Positions 25,281-34,605 of a DNA stretch of 43,310 bases are shown here, piece after piece. The DNA is from Mycobacteriales bacterium (lineage in GTDB: Bacteria > Actinomycetota > Actinomycetes > JAFAQI01). The DNA lies in the NCBI GenBank assembly GCA_035545175.1, contig DASZYY010000258.1, positions 1-43,310 of the forward strand, read 5' to 3'. Positions within the stretch are counted from its first letter, which is position 1; every line of letters begins with the position of its first letter. Under the pieces are notes generated by a model, which saw only the letters and a list, made by a program, of their open reading frames with translations, made no database searches and was not told the DNA's origin. The position numbers and the translations under genes were made by a program.

Positions 25281-26269
25281 CACCCCTTCGGTCCCGCAAC
25301 CCGCTCGCACTGGGCGCGATCGGCACGCTGGCCATCCTCGCCATCCTCGGCGCGGTGATCCTGCTGCCCAGGGTGTCGCTGTTCTCGGCCACCCGTGGTT
25401 ACTCCGCTGACTTCGCACAGGCGGCTGGTCTGTCCAGCGGAGACGACGTACGGGTGGCGGGCATCCCCGAAGGCACCGTCACCGGCGTGCATCTCGACCG
25501 AAACGTCATCCGGGTCGACTTCACGGTGCCGAAGGGCGTGCACCTCGGCAGCGAGACGTCGGCCTCGATCGAGGTGGCAACTCTCCTCGGGACCAAGTAC
25601 GTCGAGCTCACACCGTCCGGACCCGGGTCGCTGTCGACCGAGACGCCGATCCCGCTCGCCCGGACGAAGGTTCCCTTCGACCTCGCGGATGTCACGAACG
25701 GGCTGTCCAGCACCGTCGGCGGCCTCGATATCCCGACGTTGCGGTCAGCGCTCAACACCGTGAGCTCGACGTTCGCGGACACGCCGGGGGTCACGCGCCG
25801 GCTGCTGCGCGGCATCGCGGACATCTCCAAGGTCGTCGACTCGCGTCATACCCAGCTGCAACAGCTGCTGGTCAGCACCCGCGACGTGACGGCGACGCTC
25901 GCCGCGCAACGCAACACCCTCGACACCCTGTTCGCCGACGCCGACGAGGTCCTCGCCACCCTGCATACCCGACGCGCGGTGATCCACCAGCTGCTGGTCG
26001 ACGCGACTCGCCTCGGTGACGAGCTGGCCAGGCTCATCACCCACAACAAGGCGACGTTGGGTCCGCTGCTCGACCGGCTTCACGTCGTCACGGGCTTGCT
26101 CCGCAAGGACGACCACCTCCTCGCGCACGCCATCGACCTGCTCGCGCCGGCAAGCCGCGGCCTCGTCGACGCGACGGGTGACGGGCCGTACATCGACATC
26201 AACCTGCCGTACCTGCTGCTGCCGGACAACGTGCTGTGCGGATTCTCGATCGCGAGGCAGTGCCGATGA
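25277..26269 (+). CDS. mceC: MCE-family protein MceC
   Basis: ATG at 25277 overlaps the mceB stop (ATGA). It has a TM helix and an MCE domain (YSADFAQAAGLSSGDDVRVAGIPEGTVTGV). Confidence 0.9.
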   Translation: MTPLRSRNPLALGAIGTLAILAILGAVILLPRVSLFSATRGYSADFAQAAGLSSGDDVRVAGIPEGTVTGVHLDRNVIRVDFTVPKGVHLGSETSASIEVATLLGTKYVELTPSGPGSLSTETPIPLARTKVPFDLADVTNGLSSTVGGLDIPTLRSALNTVSSTFADTPGVTRRLLRGIADISKVVDSRHTQLQQLLVSTRDVTATLAAQRNTLDTLFADADEVLATLHTRRAVIHQLLVDATRLGDELARLITHNKATLGPLLDRLHVVTGLLRKDDHLLAHAIDLLAPASRGLVDATGDGPYIDINLPYLLLPDNVLCGFSIARQCR

Positions 26270-27327
26270 GCCGCGCGGTGGTCCGGGCGGCTGCCATCGC
26301 CGCTGTCGTGGCGCTCGCGGCGACCGTCGCGATCGTGGCCGTGAACCTCCTGACCACCGGCAAGCGGATGCACATCACGGCGTACTTCAGCGAGAGCAAC
26401 GGGATCTACGCCGGCAACCACGTCGACATCCTCGGCTTGCCGGTCGGCACCGTCACGTCGGTCACGCCCGAGCCGCAGCGGGTCAAGGTCGTGCTGAGCC
26501 TGCCGGGGGACACGAAAGTGCCACTCGACGCGCAGGCATTCATCGTCCCGCCATCGGTCATCAGCGACCGGTACGTCGGGCTGAGCCCGGCATGGGACGG
26601 GTCCGGCCCGACGATGCCCGACGGGTACGTGCTCCCGATCGCCCGGACTCACGAGCCCGCGGAGTTCGACCAGCTGGTCGGCTCGTTGACGACGTTGTTC
26701 AACGCGCTCGGCCCCGACCAGGCAGGAGCGAAGGGCGCCGTCGGCCGGCTGATCAAGGTGTTGGCGGCGAACCTGCGGGGGAACGGCGCGAAGCTGCGGG
26801 ACAGCATCGAGGGGTTGTCGGGCCTGACCGGCTCGTTGACCGCCGACGGCGGCGTGCTGGCGGAGCTGATCAGGAACCTCGACACGCTCAGCAACAACCT
26901 CGCCGAGCGCACGGACCGGATCGGATCGTTCGAGTCCCACCTCGCTGCGGCGTCGGGGGAGCTGGCGCGCGAACGCGGTGACATCACGGACGCGGTCGAC
27001 AGCCTCACCACCGGCCTGCTGGAGCTCGCGTCGTTCGTTCGTGACCACCAGGCGAGCCTGCACGGCGACCTTCACGACCTGGCGGTGACCACCAGCGTCC
27101 TGTTGCGGCATCAGCGCGCGTTGATCGAGACGCTGGACAACCTGCCGCTCGGCGCGCAGAACCTCGCCCGGGTCGGCAAGAACGGCGCCATCATCGTGCG
27201 GCATGCCGACATCGGCCAGAACCAGGCGTTCAACGCGATCGCCGGGCAGGTCTGTGCCGCGCTGGGACCGCTGTGTGCCGCCATCAAGAGCACCGGACTG
27301 GCGAAGCTGTTCGGAGTGACGCCGTGA
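26266..27327 (+). CDS. mceD: MCE-family protein MceD
   Basis: ATG at 26266 overlaps the mceC stop (ATGA). It has a TM helix and an MCE domain (ITAYFSESNGIYAGNHVDILGLPVGTVTSV). Confidence 0.9.
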   Translation: MSRAVVRAAAIAAVVALAATVAIVAVNLLTTGKRMHITAYFSESNGIYAGNHVDILGLPVGTVTSVTPEPQRVKVVLSLPGDTKVPLDAQAFIVPPSVISDRYVGLSPAWDGSGPTMPDGYVLPIARTHEPAEFDQLVGSLTTLFNALGPDQAGAKGAVGRLIKVLAANLRGNGAKLRDSIEGLSGLTGSLTADGGVLAELIRNLDTLSNNLAERTDRIGSFESHLAAASGELARERGDITDAVDSLTTGLLELASFVRDHQASLHGDLHDLAVTTSVLLRHQRALIETLDNLPLGAQNLARVGKNGAIIVRHADIGQNQAFNAIAGQVCAALGPLCAAIKSTGLAKLFGVTP

Positions 27328-28274
27328 AGCGAAGCTGCCAGGCGGTAGCCGCGATCGCGATCATGGCGTCAGCCGTGACGGCGTGCGGGCCCGGCCTGCA
27401 GACCGTCCCGGTCGGCCGGAGCATCAGCGGGCCGTCGTACCGGCTGACCGCGGTGTTCGCCGATGCGTCCGGGCTGCCGATCGGTGGCCGCGTCGAGCTG
27501 CGCGACGTCGAGATCGGCAAGGTCACCTCGATGACCACGCACGGGTTCAAGGCCTACGTGCACATGGTGATCCGCAGGTCCGTCCGGCTCCCGATGGGAA
27601 CGCGAGCAACGCTCGCTCTGACGACGCCGCTCGGCGAGGAGTACGTCGACCTCGTGCCGCCGCAGACCGGCGTTGGGAGATACCTCGCGGAAGGGGCGGT
27701 GATCGCCGCCGACGACACCAGCCGCTCACCCGACGTCGAGGACCTGCTGAGCGCCTTCTCCGCGGTGCTCAACGGCGGCGGGATCGAGCAGATCTCGACG
27801 ATCGTCAACCAGCTCGACGCCGCTCTGCACGGCCGGGCCGAGACCGGCAAGGCGCTCATCGCCCGGCTCAACGACGTCCTCACGCAGATCAACGCGCACA
27901 CCGCCTCGATCGACCGCACGCTGTCCGCCGTCGCCGACCTCTCCACCGAGCTGGCGGCGCAGCACCGGCTGCTGGTCCGCGGCCTCAAGGCGCTGCAACC
28001 GGGGATCGCGGACCTGCACGCGGACACCGCGGCGTTCACCCGGCTGTTGACCCGGCTGTCGACATTGGGTCGGACCGCGACCCAGGTGCTCGACTCGGTG
28101 CAGGGAGCCCTGCTCAGCGACCTGGGTGACCTCGCGCCGACGCTCGACACGCTGGTGTCACTGCGCGGCAGGCTCGGCTCGACGCTGGTCGGCCTTCGAA
28201 AGTTCGCGAGACTGCTCGACCGCGCGGTTCCGGGGGACTACCTCGACCTGGTCGGAAGCATCGTGGTGCCATGA
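27324..28274 (+). CDS. mceE: MCE-family lipoprotein MceE
   Basis: GTG at 27324 overlaps the mceD stop (GTGA). The lipobox is AIMASAVTAC-GPG; MceE proteins are the lipoprotein members in mycobacterial mce operons. The MCE domain reads LTAVFADASGLPIGGRVELRDVEIGKV. Confidence 0.88.
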   Translation: MKRSCQAVAAIAIMASAVTACGPGLQTVPVGRSISGPSYRLTAVFADASGLPIGGRVELRDVEIGKVTSMTTHGFKAYVHMVIRRSVRLPMGTRATLALTTPLGEEYVDLVPPQTGVGRYLAEGAVIAADDTSRSPDVEDLLSAFSAVLNGGGIEQISTIVNQLDAALHGRAETGKALIARLNDVLTQINAHTASIDRTLSAVADLSTELAAQHRLLVRGLKALQPGIADLHADTAAFTRLLTRLSTLGRTATQVLDSVQGALLSDLGDLAPTLDTLVSLRGRLGSTLVGLRKFARLLDRAVPGDYLDLVGSIVVP

Positions 28275-29446
28275 GCGGGGTCGGGAGGGCGCGACTGCCG
28301 CTGGGGCGGCTCGGGCTGTTCGCGGCTGTCGGTGCGTTGTGTCTCGGCTACGTCCTGTTCAGTGTCGTCGGCGCCAAGACGTTCGAAGGCAGCTACCGGG
28401 TCAGCGTGCAGATGCCGGTGACGGGCGGGCTCTTTCCGGGCAGCCAGGTCACCTACCGGGGGGTTCCGATCGGCACTGTCGATGCGATCGACATCACCGA
28501 CACCGGGGTGGTCGCCGCCTTGGACATCCATGACTCGGTGCGGATCCCGGCTGCGACCAAAGCAGTTGTCGCCGACCGGTCGCCGGCGGGAGAGCAGTAC
28601 CTCGACATCGAGCCCACCGGGGCCGGGCCGCCGTACCTGCACGACGGATCGGTGATCGCCTCGAAGGACACGGTCCGGCCGCCCTCGCTGTCGGATCTGC
28701 TCGGTGCGATCAAGACCTTCTCCGACTCGGTCGACCTCGGCGACCTCCGCACGGTGTTCCACGAGCTCGATGTCGCGCTCCGCGGCACCGGTCCCGCGCT
28801 GGGCGCGTTGATCGACCACACGGCGGCACTCGTCGCGGAGCTCGAGGCGGTGACGCCGCAGACGTTCGACCTGTTGCGCAGCACCGGCGCGCTGCTCGAC
28901 ACCCAGGTGGCGCACGACGGCGACCTGCGGTCCTTCGCGCGCTCGCTTCGACGGCTGTCGGACACGATCCGCAACGACGACCCGAAGACGGCGCACCTCA
29001 TCGTCGCGGCGCTCGAAACCACCCGCGCGCTGACGCCGGTGCTGCTGAACGACTCCCACGACATCGGGATCCTGCTGGCCAACCTGGTGACCACCGGCCA
29101 GATCGCGGTGGAGCGACTGCCCGGGCTGAAGGCGCTGGTGGTCGCGTTGCCCGACGGGCTGCACGCCCTGGCCGCCTCGGTGCACGACGGCCACGTGGCG
29201 TTCCGGCTGATCGACCAGCCGGGGACGTTCTGCGCCTATGGCGGGACGCGGCGCCGGGCGCCGTTCAACCCGCACCGCGGTCCTCCGATCACGAACGGCT
29301 ACTGCAAGCACCCGTTGTCGATCCAGCAGCAGCGGGGCGCCGCGAACGAGCCGCGACCCGCGGGCGATGACACCGCCGGCCCGCCGAAGAAGCAGGCACA
29401 CTCTCACGAGTACTCATGGCAGCGCGCCTATCCGTCAGGGGAGTGA
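28271..29446 (+). CDS. mceF: MCE-family protein MceF
   Basis: It has an ATGA overlap with mceE. It has a TM helix, an MCE domain (VSVQMPVTGGLFPGSQVTYRGVPIGTV) and a charged/Pro-rich C-terminal tail. Confidence 0.9.
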   Translation: MSGVGRARLPLGRLGLFAAVGALCLGYVLFSVVGAKTFEGSYRVSVQMPVTGGLFPGSQVTYRGVPIGTVDAIDITDTGVVAALDIHDSVRIPAATKAVVADRSPAGEQYLDIEPTGAGPPYLHDGSVIASKDTVRPPSLSDLLGAIKTFSDSVDLGDLRTVFHELDVALRGTGPALGALIDHTAALVAELEAVTPQTFDLLRSTGALLDTQVAHDGDLRSFARSLRRLSDTIRNDDPKTAHLIVAALETTRALTPVLLNDSHDIGILLANLVTTGQIAVERLPGLKALVVALPDGLHALAASVHDGHVAFRLIDQPGTFCAYGGTRRRAPFNPHRGPPITNGYCKHPLSIQQQRGAANEPRPAGDDTAGPPKKQAHSHEYSWQRAYPSGE

Positions 29447-29946
29447 TGACGACCAACAGCCGGTGGTCCGCGGCGATAGCCGGCGTGGCGGCAACCGCGG
29501 TCATCGCGGGCGCGGTCGTCGCAGGGGTGCGCACCGCCCACCTCGCAACCGACAAGAGCAACCTGCAGCACAGCCTGTCGTCGTTCGAGCGGAGTGCGCT
29601 GCAGGCCGCCAAGACCTATGCGGTCACGTTTGCGACGTACCGGTACGACGATCTCGATGCCGACTTCGCTGCCACCGAGGCACACTCGGTCGACCCGTTC
29701 CTCACGCAGTACCGCAGCACGACGGATGCACTGCGGGAGACCGTGACGAAGGTGAAGGCGAGCTCGTCGGCAAAGGTGGTCAGCGCCGGGCTCGCATCGA
29801 TCACGGCGGACTCGGCCGTCGTGGACCTGTTCCTCGACCAGTCGATCGTCAACGTGAAGTCCTCACGCACGCTGGCGCAACGAGTCGAGATGACCTTGGT
29901 CCGCAAGGACGGCAGGTGGTTGATCAGCCGGGTGGTGCTCCCGTGA
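29446..29946 (+). CDS. Mce-associated membrane protein (Mas-like)
   Basis: It starts at the TGATG junction with mceF. It has an N-terminal TM helix (WSAAIAGVAATAVIAGAVVAGV) and an SnoaL/NTF2-like soluble domain of about 140 aa. Its size and position match Mas proteins. Confidence 0.6.
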   Translation: MTTNSRWSAAIAGVAATAVIAGAVVAGVRTAHLATDKSNLQHSLSSFERSALQAAKTYAVTFATYRYDDLDADFAATEAHSVDPFLTQYRSTTDALRETVTKVKASSSAKVVSAGLASITADSAVVDLFLDQSIVNVKSSRTLAQRVEMTLVRKDGRWLISRVVLP

Positions 29947-30496
29947 TCCGGTTGGCGACCGCCGCCATCAGGGGAAGCAGGTCCACCGTCTCGAAGGCGG
30001 CTACCTCGGTCGCGAGGCGCTCCCGGACGTAGCGCGCGATGTGCTTGCGCATCTCGCGGTCGACGTTGCCGGCCCGGGCTACGAGCTTCGCCTGCACGCC
30101 CTTCGGGCGTACGTCGACGTCGACGTCGCGGTAGGTCGGTGACTCCGGCACGATGCAGATCGACAGCGGTGGTGCGAGCGTCACCGTGAACATCACGCGA
30201 ACCGTCGCCGCGACGTCGAAGTGGTGCTTCGTCCCGGCAACCGTGACGTCGACCGCCAGCTCAGCCGGCAGGCTGACCTGGTAGCCGAGTGGGTCGTGGC
30301 CGGTGAGCAGAACCGACGGCTCACCGATGTGCCCGACCGCGTGGGCGGTGGCGACGTTGCCGGGCCCGGCGGTGAGCGGGCCGACTCGCACCGCCTCGCC
30401 GGTGATCCCGCGGATGACGGTGCTGATGCGCTCCGAGGTGACGGCCTCATGGACGAACGCCGCACCGAACTCCGCGTAGGACATCCGGTCGGTCAT
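29924..30496 (-). CDS. Hypothetical soluble protein (190 aa), translationally coupled to the upstream TetR gene
   Basis: Its ATG overlaps the TetR stop (ATGA at 30493-30496). Composition is normal, with no TM helix or signal peptide, and I recognise no family. Its 3' end overlaps the mas 3' end by 23 nt. Confidence 0.55.
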   Translation of the reverse strand: MTDRMSYAEFGAAFVHEAVTSERISTVIRGITGEAVRVGPLTAGPGNVATAHAVGHIGEPSVLLTGHDPLGYQVSLPAELAVDVTVAGTKHHFDVAATVRVMFTVTLAPPLSICIVPESPTYRDVDVDVRPKGVQAKLVARAGNVDREMRKHIARYVRERLATEVAAFETVDLLPLMAAVANRITGAPPG

Positions 30497-31110
30497 GCGA
30501 GGCCCTCCATGAACCGGGCGACGTCGCGGTCGCGGGTCGCGGCGACGGTGAGGGCGGCGTACAGCTGGCTGAGCAGGAAGTCCTCGACGGCACGGCGCGG
30601 CAGGTCGCGGTTGGTCAGCCAGTCCTTTGCCGCCGCCTCGGCCGCGGCGATCCAGACCGTGAGGGCAAGCCGCAGCTCAGGACTGACGCGTCGCAGGCCC
30701 ATTCCTTCGACCAGCCGGTCGTAGAGCGCCACACGCACCTCCTCGACGATCGACCCGATGGCGCCGTCGTGCGCGCCCGGGTGGCCGGCGAGCAGAGCCT
30801 GGAAGCCGGTCGCGTGCTCCTCCGCGAAGTCGAAGAAGCGGCGAATCGCCTCGATCACCCGGTCGAGCGGTGCCGCGTCGTGCGGCGGGTCGAGCAGCGC
30901 GAGCATCTGGTCGGCGGCGGTGCGCATCGCCGCGACATAGATCTCGTTGCGGCTGCCGAAGTAGCGGTAGGCCAGAGCGCGGGAGACCCCGGCCTGCGCG
31001 GCGACATCGTCGAGCGTCACCTCGGCCGCCGGGCGCGCGCTGAACAGCTCGAGCGCCGCGGCGATCAGCTCCTGGCGGCGATCCGCTATTGAAAGTCGAC
31101 GTCGAGTCAT
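30493..31110 (-). CDS. TetR/AcrR-family transcriptional regulator
   Basis: The N-terminal HTH is RRQELIAAALELFSARPAAEVTLDDVAAQAGVSRALAYRYFGSRNEIY, followed by a helical ligand-binding domain. Confidence 0.9.
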   Translation of the reverse strand: MTRRRLSIADRRQELIAAALELFSARPAAEVTLDDVAAQAGVSRALAYRYFGSRNEIYVAAMRTAADQMLALLDPPHDAAPLDRVIEAIRRFFDFAEEHATGFQALLAGHPGAHDGAIGSIVEEVRVALYDRLVEGMGLRRVSPELRLALTVWIAAAEAAAKDWLTNRDLPRRAVEDFLLSQLYAALTVAATRDRDVARFMEGLA

Positions 31111-31135
31111 TATTAGATTGGGAGTCTACTAGCCG

Positions 31136-31152
31136 CGTTGGTCGATTCAACG
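31136..31152. promoter_or_regulatory. Inverted repeat CGTTG-N7-CAACG in the TetR/ephD-like divergent spacer; candidate TetR operator
   Basis: Read directly from the sequence. A second small inverted repeat, TAGA-N7-TCTA, lies at 31114-31128. The 58-nt spacer is markedly AT-richer than its flanks. Confidence 0.25.
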
Positions 31153-31168
31153 CAGTCCTGGTTCCGAG

Positions 31169-32932
31169 GTGATTCAGGTGACCGTGGCCAACTTCTTCGT
31201 CGAGTCAGGTGGCGTGAAGCTCGCCGTCCACGAGCGCGGTCATCGTGATGCGCCGACGATCCTGCTCGTGCACGGCTACCCGGACACCTCCTCGACGTGG
31301 GACGCCGTGGCCGGGCAGCTCGCCAAGCGGTTCCACGTGGTGACCTACGACGTTCGCGGTGCGGGGGAGTCCGACCGGCCGCGCCGCCGTGCGGCGTACA
31401 AGCTGCCGGTGCTCGCCGCCGACATCCGCGCCGTGGCTGACGCGGTCTCGCCGCACAGCCCGGTACACCTGGTCGGCCACGACTGGGGGTCGGTGCAGGG
31501 CTGGGAGGCGATCACCGATCCCGACACGCAGTCCCGCTTCGCGTCGTACACCTCGATCTCCGGGCCGTCCCTCGATCATGCGGCGGCGTGGATCAAGGCC
31601 CGCATGACACCGCGTGGCTTCCCGGCTGTGCTTCGACAGACCCTCCGCTCCTGGTACATGACCGTCATGCACATCCCGGGTCTGGTGCCCTTGATGTGGC
31701 GGATCGGGATGGCGAAGTCCTTCGAGCCGAGCATTCGCCGGATGGAGGGCATCGACAAGCGCGAGGGCTGGCCGGCGCCGACGCTGGCGAAGGACGGCGC
31801 TCGCGGCGTGCTGATCTACCGGGCGAACGTCTTCCCTGGGATTCGTCACCCTCGCGAGCGTCGTACGACGGTCCCGGTGCAGGTGATCGCTCCTACCGGC
31901 GACCGCTACGTCGGCGCGACGTTCGCGACGTCGGACCTCAAGCAGTGGACCGACAAGCTGTGGGTACGCCGGGTCCGGGCCGGTCACTGGGTGCAGCACA
32001 AGTCACCAGACGGGCTGGCACAGGCGATCACGGACCTGGTCACCCACGTTGAAGGCGAACCCGAGACGAGAGCCCTGCGCAGGCATCGGGTCGAAACCGC
32101 GAGGCCCCAGGACGACAAGGAGTTCGCGAACCAGCTGGTCGTCGTGACGGGCGCCGGCAGCGGCATCGGTCGCGAGACGGCGCTGGCGTTCGGTCGGCTC
32201 GGAGCGGAGGTGGTGATCGCCGAGCTGAACCCGGCGTCCGGAGAGACCACGGCGGCTGAGGTCCGCGCTCTCGGCGTTCCGGCGCACGCCTACCACGTCG
32301 ATGTCTCCGATGTCGCCTCGATGGAGGAGTTCGCGAAGCGGGTCATCGCCGACCACGGAGTGCCCGACATCGTCGTGAACAACGCCGGCATCGGCATCGC
32401 CGGCCGCTTCCTCGACACGACGACCGCCGACTGGCAGCGCATCGTCGACATCAACCTGATGGGCGTCGTGCACGGTTGCCGCCTGTTCGGCACCGCGATG
32501 GCGGAACGTCTCGAAGGCGGTTACATCGTCAACGTCGCCTCTGCGGCCGCTTTCACCCCGAGCCGCATGCTCGGTGCGTACTCCACGACCAAGGCCGCGG
32601 TCCTCATGCTGTCGGAGTGCATCGGCGCGGAGTTCGCCGACTACGGCATCGGGGTGTCAGCAATCTGTCCGGGTCTGATCAACACCCCGATCACCACGTC
32701 CTCGCACTACGTCGGCATGACTGCCGAGGAGGAGCGTGAGGCCGGGGAGAAGATGGCCAAGCGCTATGCGCGGCGCAACTTCCCGCCATCGAAGGTGGCG
32801 TCCGCGATCGTCAAGGCAGTGCGCGAGCGCAAGCCCGTCGTACCCGTCGCCCCGGAGGCAGTCGGCGCGCGCATCCTGTCGCGCGTCTCGCCGGCCGCGA
32901 TGCGCAAGCTCGCCCGGGTCGAGGTGAAGTGA
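31169..32932 (+). CDS. Bifunctional alpha/beta (epoxide-type) hydrolase and short-chain dehydrogenase fusion, EphD-like
   Basis: The N-terminal half has HGYPD (HGXP oxyanion motif) and GHDWGS (nucleophile Asp). The C-terminal half has TGAGSGIG (TGxxxGxG) and YSTTKAAV (YxxxK). At 587 aa, the size and architecture match mycobacterial EphD. Confidence 0.85.
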   Translation: MIQVTVANFFVESGGVKLAVHERGHRDAPTILLVHGYPDTSSTWDAVAGQLAKRFHVVTYDVRGAGESDRPRRRAAYKLPVLAADIRAVADAVSPHSPVHLVGHDWGSVQGWEAITDPDTQSRFASYTSISGPSLDHAAAWIKARMTPRGFPAVLRQTLRSWYMTVMHIPGLVPLMWRIGMAKSFEPSIRRMEGIDKREGWPAPTLAKDGARGVLIYRANVFPGIRHPRERRTTVPVQVIAPTGDRYVGATFATSDLKQWTDKLWVRRVRAGHWVQHKSPDGLAQAITDLVTHVEGEPETRALRRHRVETARPQDDKEFANQLVVVTGAGSGIGRETALAFGRLGAEVVIAELNPASGETTAAEVRALGVPAHAYHVDVSDVASMEEFAKRVIADHGVPDIVVNNAGIGIAGRFLDTTTADWQRIVDINLMGVVHGCRLFGTAMAERLEGGYIVNVASAAAFTPSRMLGAYSTTKAAVLMLSECIGAEFADYGIGVSAICPGLINTPITTSSHYVGMTAEEEREAGEKMAKRYARRNFPPSKVASAIVKAVRERKPVVPVAPEAVGARILSRVSPAAMRKLARVEVK

Positions 32933-32957
32933 CCCACGAGATCAGGCCTGGGCGGCG

Positions 32958-34145
32958 TTATTTCAGCTGGCAGTAGACGTCGGCCTTCGTTCGTGAGTTC
33001 GTGGCGACGACCACTCGGTGCTCGGCCCGGCACACGCCTGGGTGTCCGTTGAAGGTGTAGTGCGGCGAGGTCGCAGTCGCGGTGTAGGTGCCGGGCGGTG
33101 CCGGCAGCAGGAAGTAGCCGTGCCCCCGGGTGTGCACGGTTGCGGCGGCCTTGCCGCCGATGCTCAGCGTGATCGTGCCCGATAGGGGTGTCGGACCATT
33201 GCCGCTCGGTCCGCCGACGGCGAGCAGATGCCCCGCGACAGTTCCGTCCGCATGCTTGAGGAAGTCGAGGACCTGCCGCAACGCGTGATTCGGCTCCAGC
33301 GCTGGGAAGCTCACCCCGTCGCGGGTGACGCTGACGTCGTAGCAGGACGTGCCGGGATAGCCCAGCACCCAGGAATGGCCGTCCGAGCGGATGTCGACGG
33401 TCAGCTCGTCGCCGCTCACTCGGAGTCCGCCGATACAGGCGTCAGGGGCGTTGGCCACGGGGGAGGCGTTGAAGCCGTCGATCACGGATGCCACCTGTTG
33501 CCGGGTGAGCGTCTCGGACGGGTGGGCGACGACCTTCCCGAAAGCGCGCTGCGGATTGAGGGCGAACTTGGGCCACCGCGCTGTGCCGGTCGCGCCGGCA
33601 GCTGAGATGTACTCGCCGGCGATGCGGACCGGATGGGAGAACGCCTCCGCGAAAGCGGCGATGATCGTCCGCCCGTGACCGATCGCTTGCATCTCCAGGT
33701 ACAGCTCGCCGCCCGCGATGTACGACGGGAAGTCCTCGGGGTCGAAGTGGACGAAGCCTCGGCCGGCGACGTCTTCGGCGGGCGAGCTCGGTCGGCCGAA
33801 TCCGGTCAGGCGCAAACCCGCTGCCGTTGAGCGCTTCAGCTCGCGATAGACGCGGTCGGGGGTTCCCGGCGCCGTCCAGTAACGAGTGCGAGTGACGAGC
33901 TCGTTGGCACCGATCGTCTCGTCGGGCTTGCGCAGATCGGCCGGGACGGGACCGGTGTAAGGGGTCTCGCCGCGTACCTGCGGGGCGCGGTCCGCAAGCT
34001 GCTGCGCGTACACGGCGGTCTTGGCGGCGCGATCGGGGAGCGGCGATTGGGTCAGGGCCGGATGTGCCTTGCCACCACTCGAGCTGCTGCAGGACGTGGC
34101 GGCTGCGAGCAGCGCACCTGTGGTGGCGTAGGCGAGCGACTTCAT
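32958..34145 (-). CDS. Putative lipoprotein of unknown function with a C-terminal beta-sandwich
   Basis: ATG at 34145 gives MKSLAYATTGALLAAATSC-SSSSGG, a lipobox. The last 90 aa or so (GTITLSIGGKAAATVHTRGHGYFLLPAPPGTYTATATSPHY) resemble a carboxypeptidase-regulatory-like fold. The ORF-track start at 34361 is a shadow extension. Confidence 0.6.
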   Translation of the reverse strand: MKSLAYATTGALLAAATSCSSSSGGKAHPALTQSPLPDRAAKTAVYAQQLADRAPQVRGETPYTGPVPADLRKPDETIGANELVTRTRYWTAPGTPDRVYRELKRSTAAGLRLTGFGRPSSPAEDVAGRGFVHFDPEDFPSYIAGGELYLEMQAIGHGRTIIAAFAEAFSHPVRIAGEYISAAGATGTARWPKFALNPQRAFGKVVAHPSETLTRQQVASVIDGFNASPVANAPDACIGGLRVSGDELTVDIRSDGHSWVLGYPGTSCYDVSVTRDGVSFPALEPNHALRQVLDFLKHADGTVAGHLLAVGGPSGNGPTPLSGTITLSIGGKAAATVHTRGHGYFLLPAPPGTYTATATSPHYTFNGHPGVCRAEHRVVVATNSRTKADVYCQLK

Positions 34146-34205
34146 CACGATGGTGAGACGCCTCCCGGGCACGCAAGGTTCCTGGCAGCATGACACGCTC
34201 AGGGC

Positions 34206-34598
34206 ATGGACGAGGAGCTGAACGTTCTCGGCGGTCCGCTCGAGCCATGCGGAACCGACCCCGTCACCGGCTTCTACCGCGACGGCAACTGCAACTGCGG
34301 CCCGGAGGACGTCGGCAACCATTCGGTCTGCGCCGTCGTCACCCGCGAGTTCCTCGCCCACCAGGTCGCGGTCGGCAACGACCTCGTCACGCCGCGCCCC
34401 GAGTGGCAGTTCCCGGGACTAGTCCCGGGTGACCGCTGGTGTGTCGTCGCAGCTCGCTGGCTGCAAGCGCACCTCGACGGCATGGCGTGTCCCGTCGTCC
34501 TCGCCTCGACCAACCAGCGCGCGCTCGAGATCGTCCCGCTCGACGTGCTGCAGCAGTACGCCGCCGACGTCCCGGAAGACCTCAGCGACCTGCTTTGA
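34206..34598 (+). CDS. DUF2237 family protein
   Basis: NVLGGPLEPCGTDPVTGFYRDGNCNCGPEDVGNHSVCAVVT.EFL.......GNDL.TPRPE..FPGL.PGDRWC is the family's characteristic sequence. Confidence 0.85.
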   Translation: MDEELNVLGGPLEPCGTDPVTGFYRDGNCNCGPEDVGNHSVCAVVTREFLAHQVAVGNDLVTPRPEWQFPGLVPGDRWCVVAARWLQAHLDGMACPVVLASTNQRALEIVPLDVLQQYAADVPEDLSDLL

Positions 34599-34605
34599 TG
34601 GCGGC

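Noticed and set aside
26080-27204. Long antisense ORFs across the mce genes (for example 24087-24953, 26080-27204, 28238-29407)
   Set aside because: The reason is the same: an unbroken antisense frame is expected at this GC content, and the plus-strand products are clear MCE-family proteins with coupled junctions.
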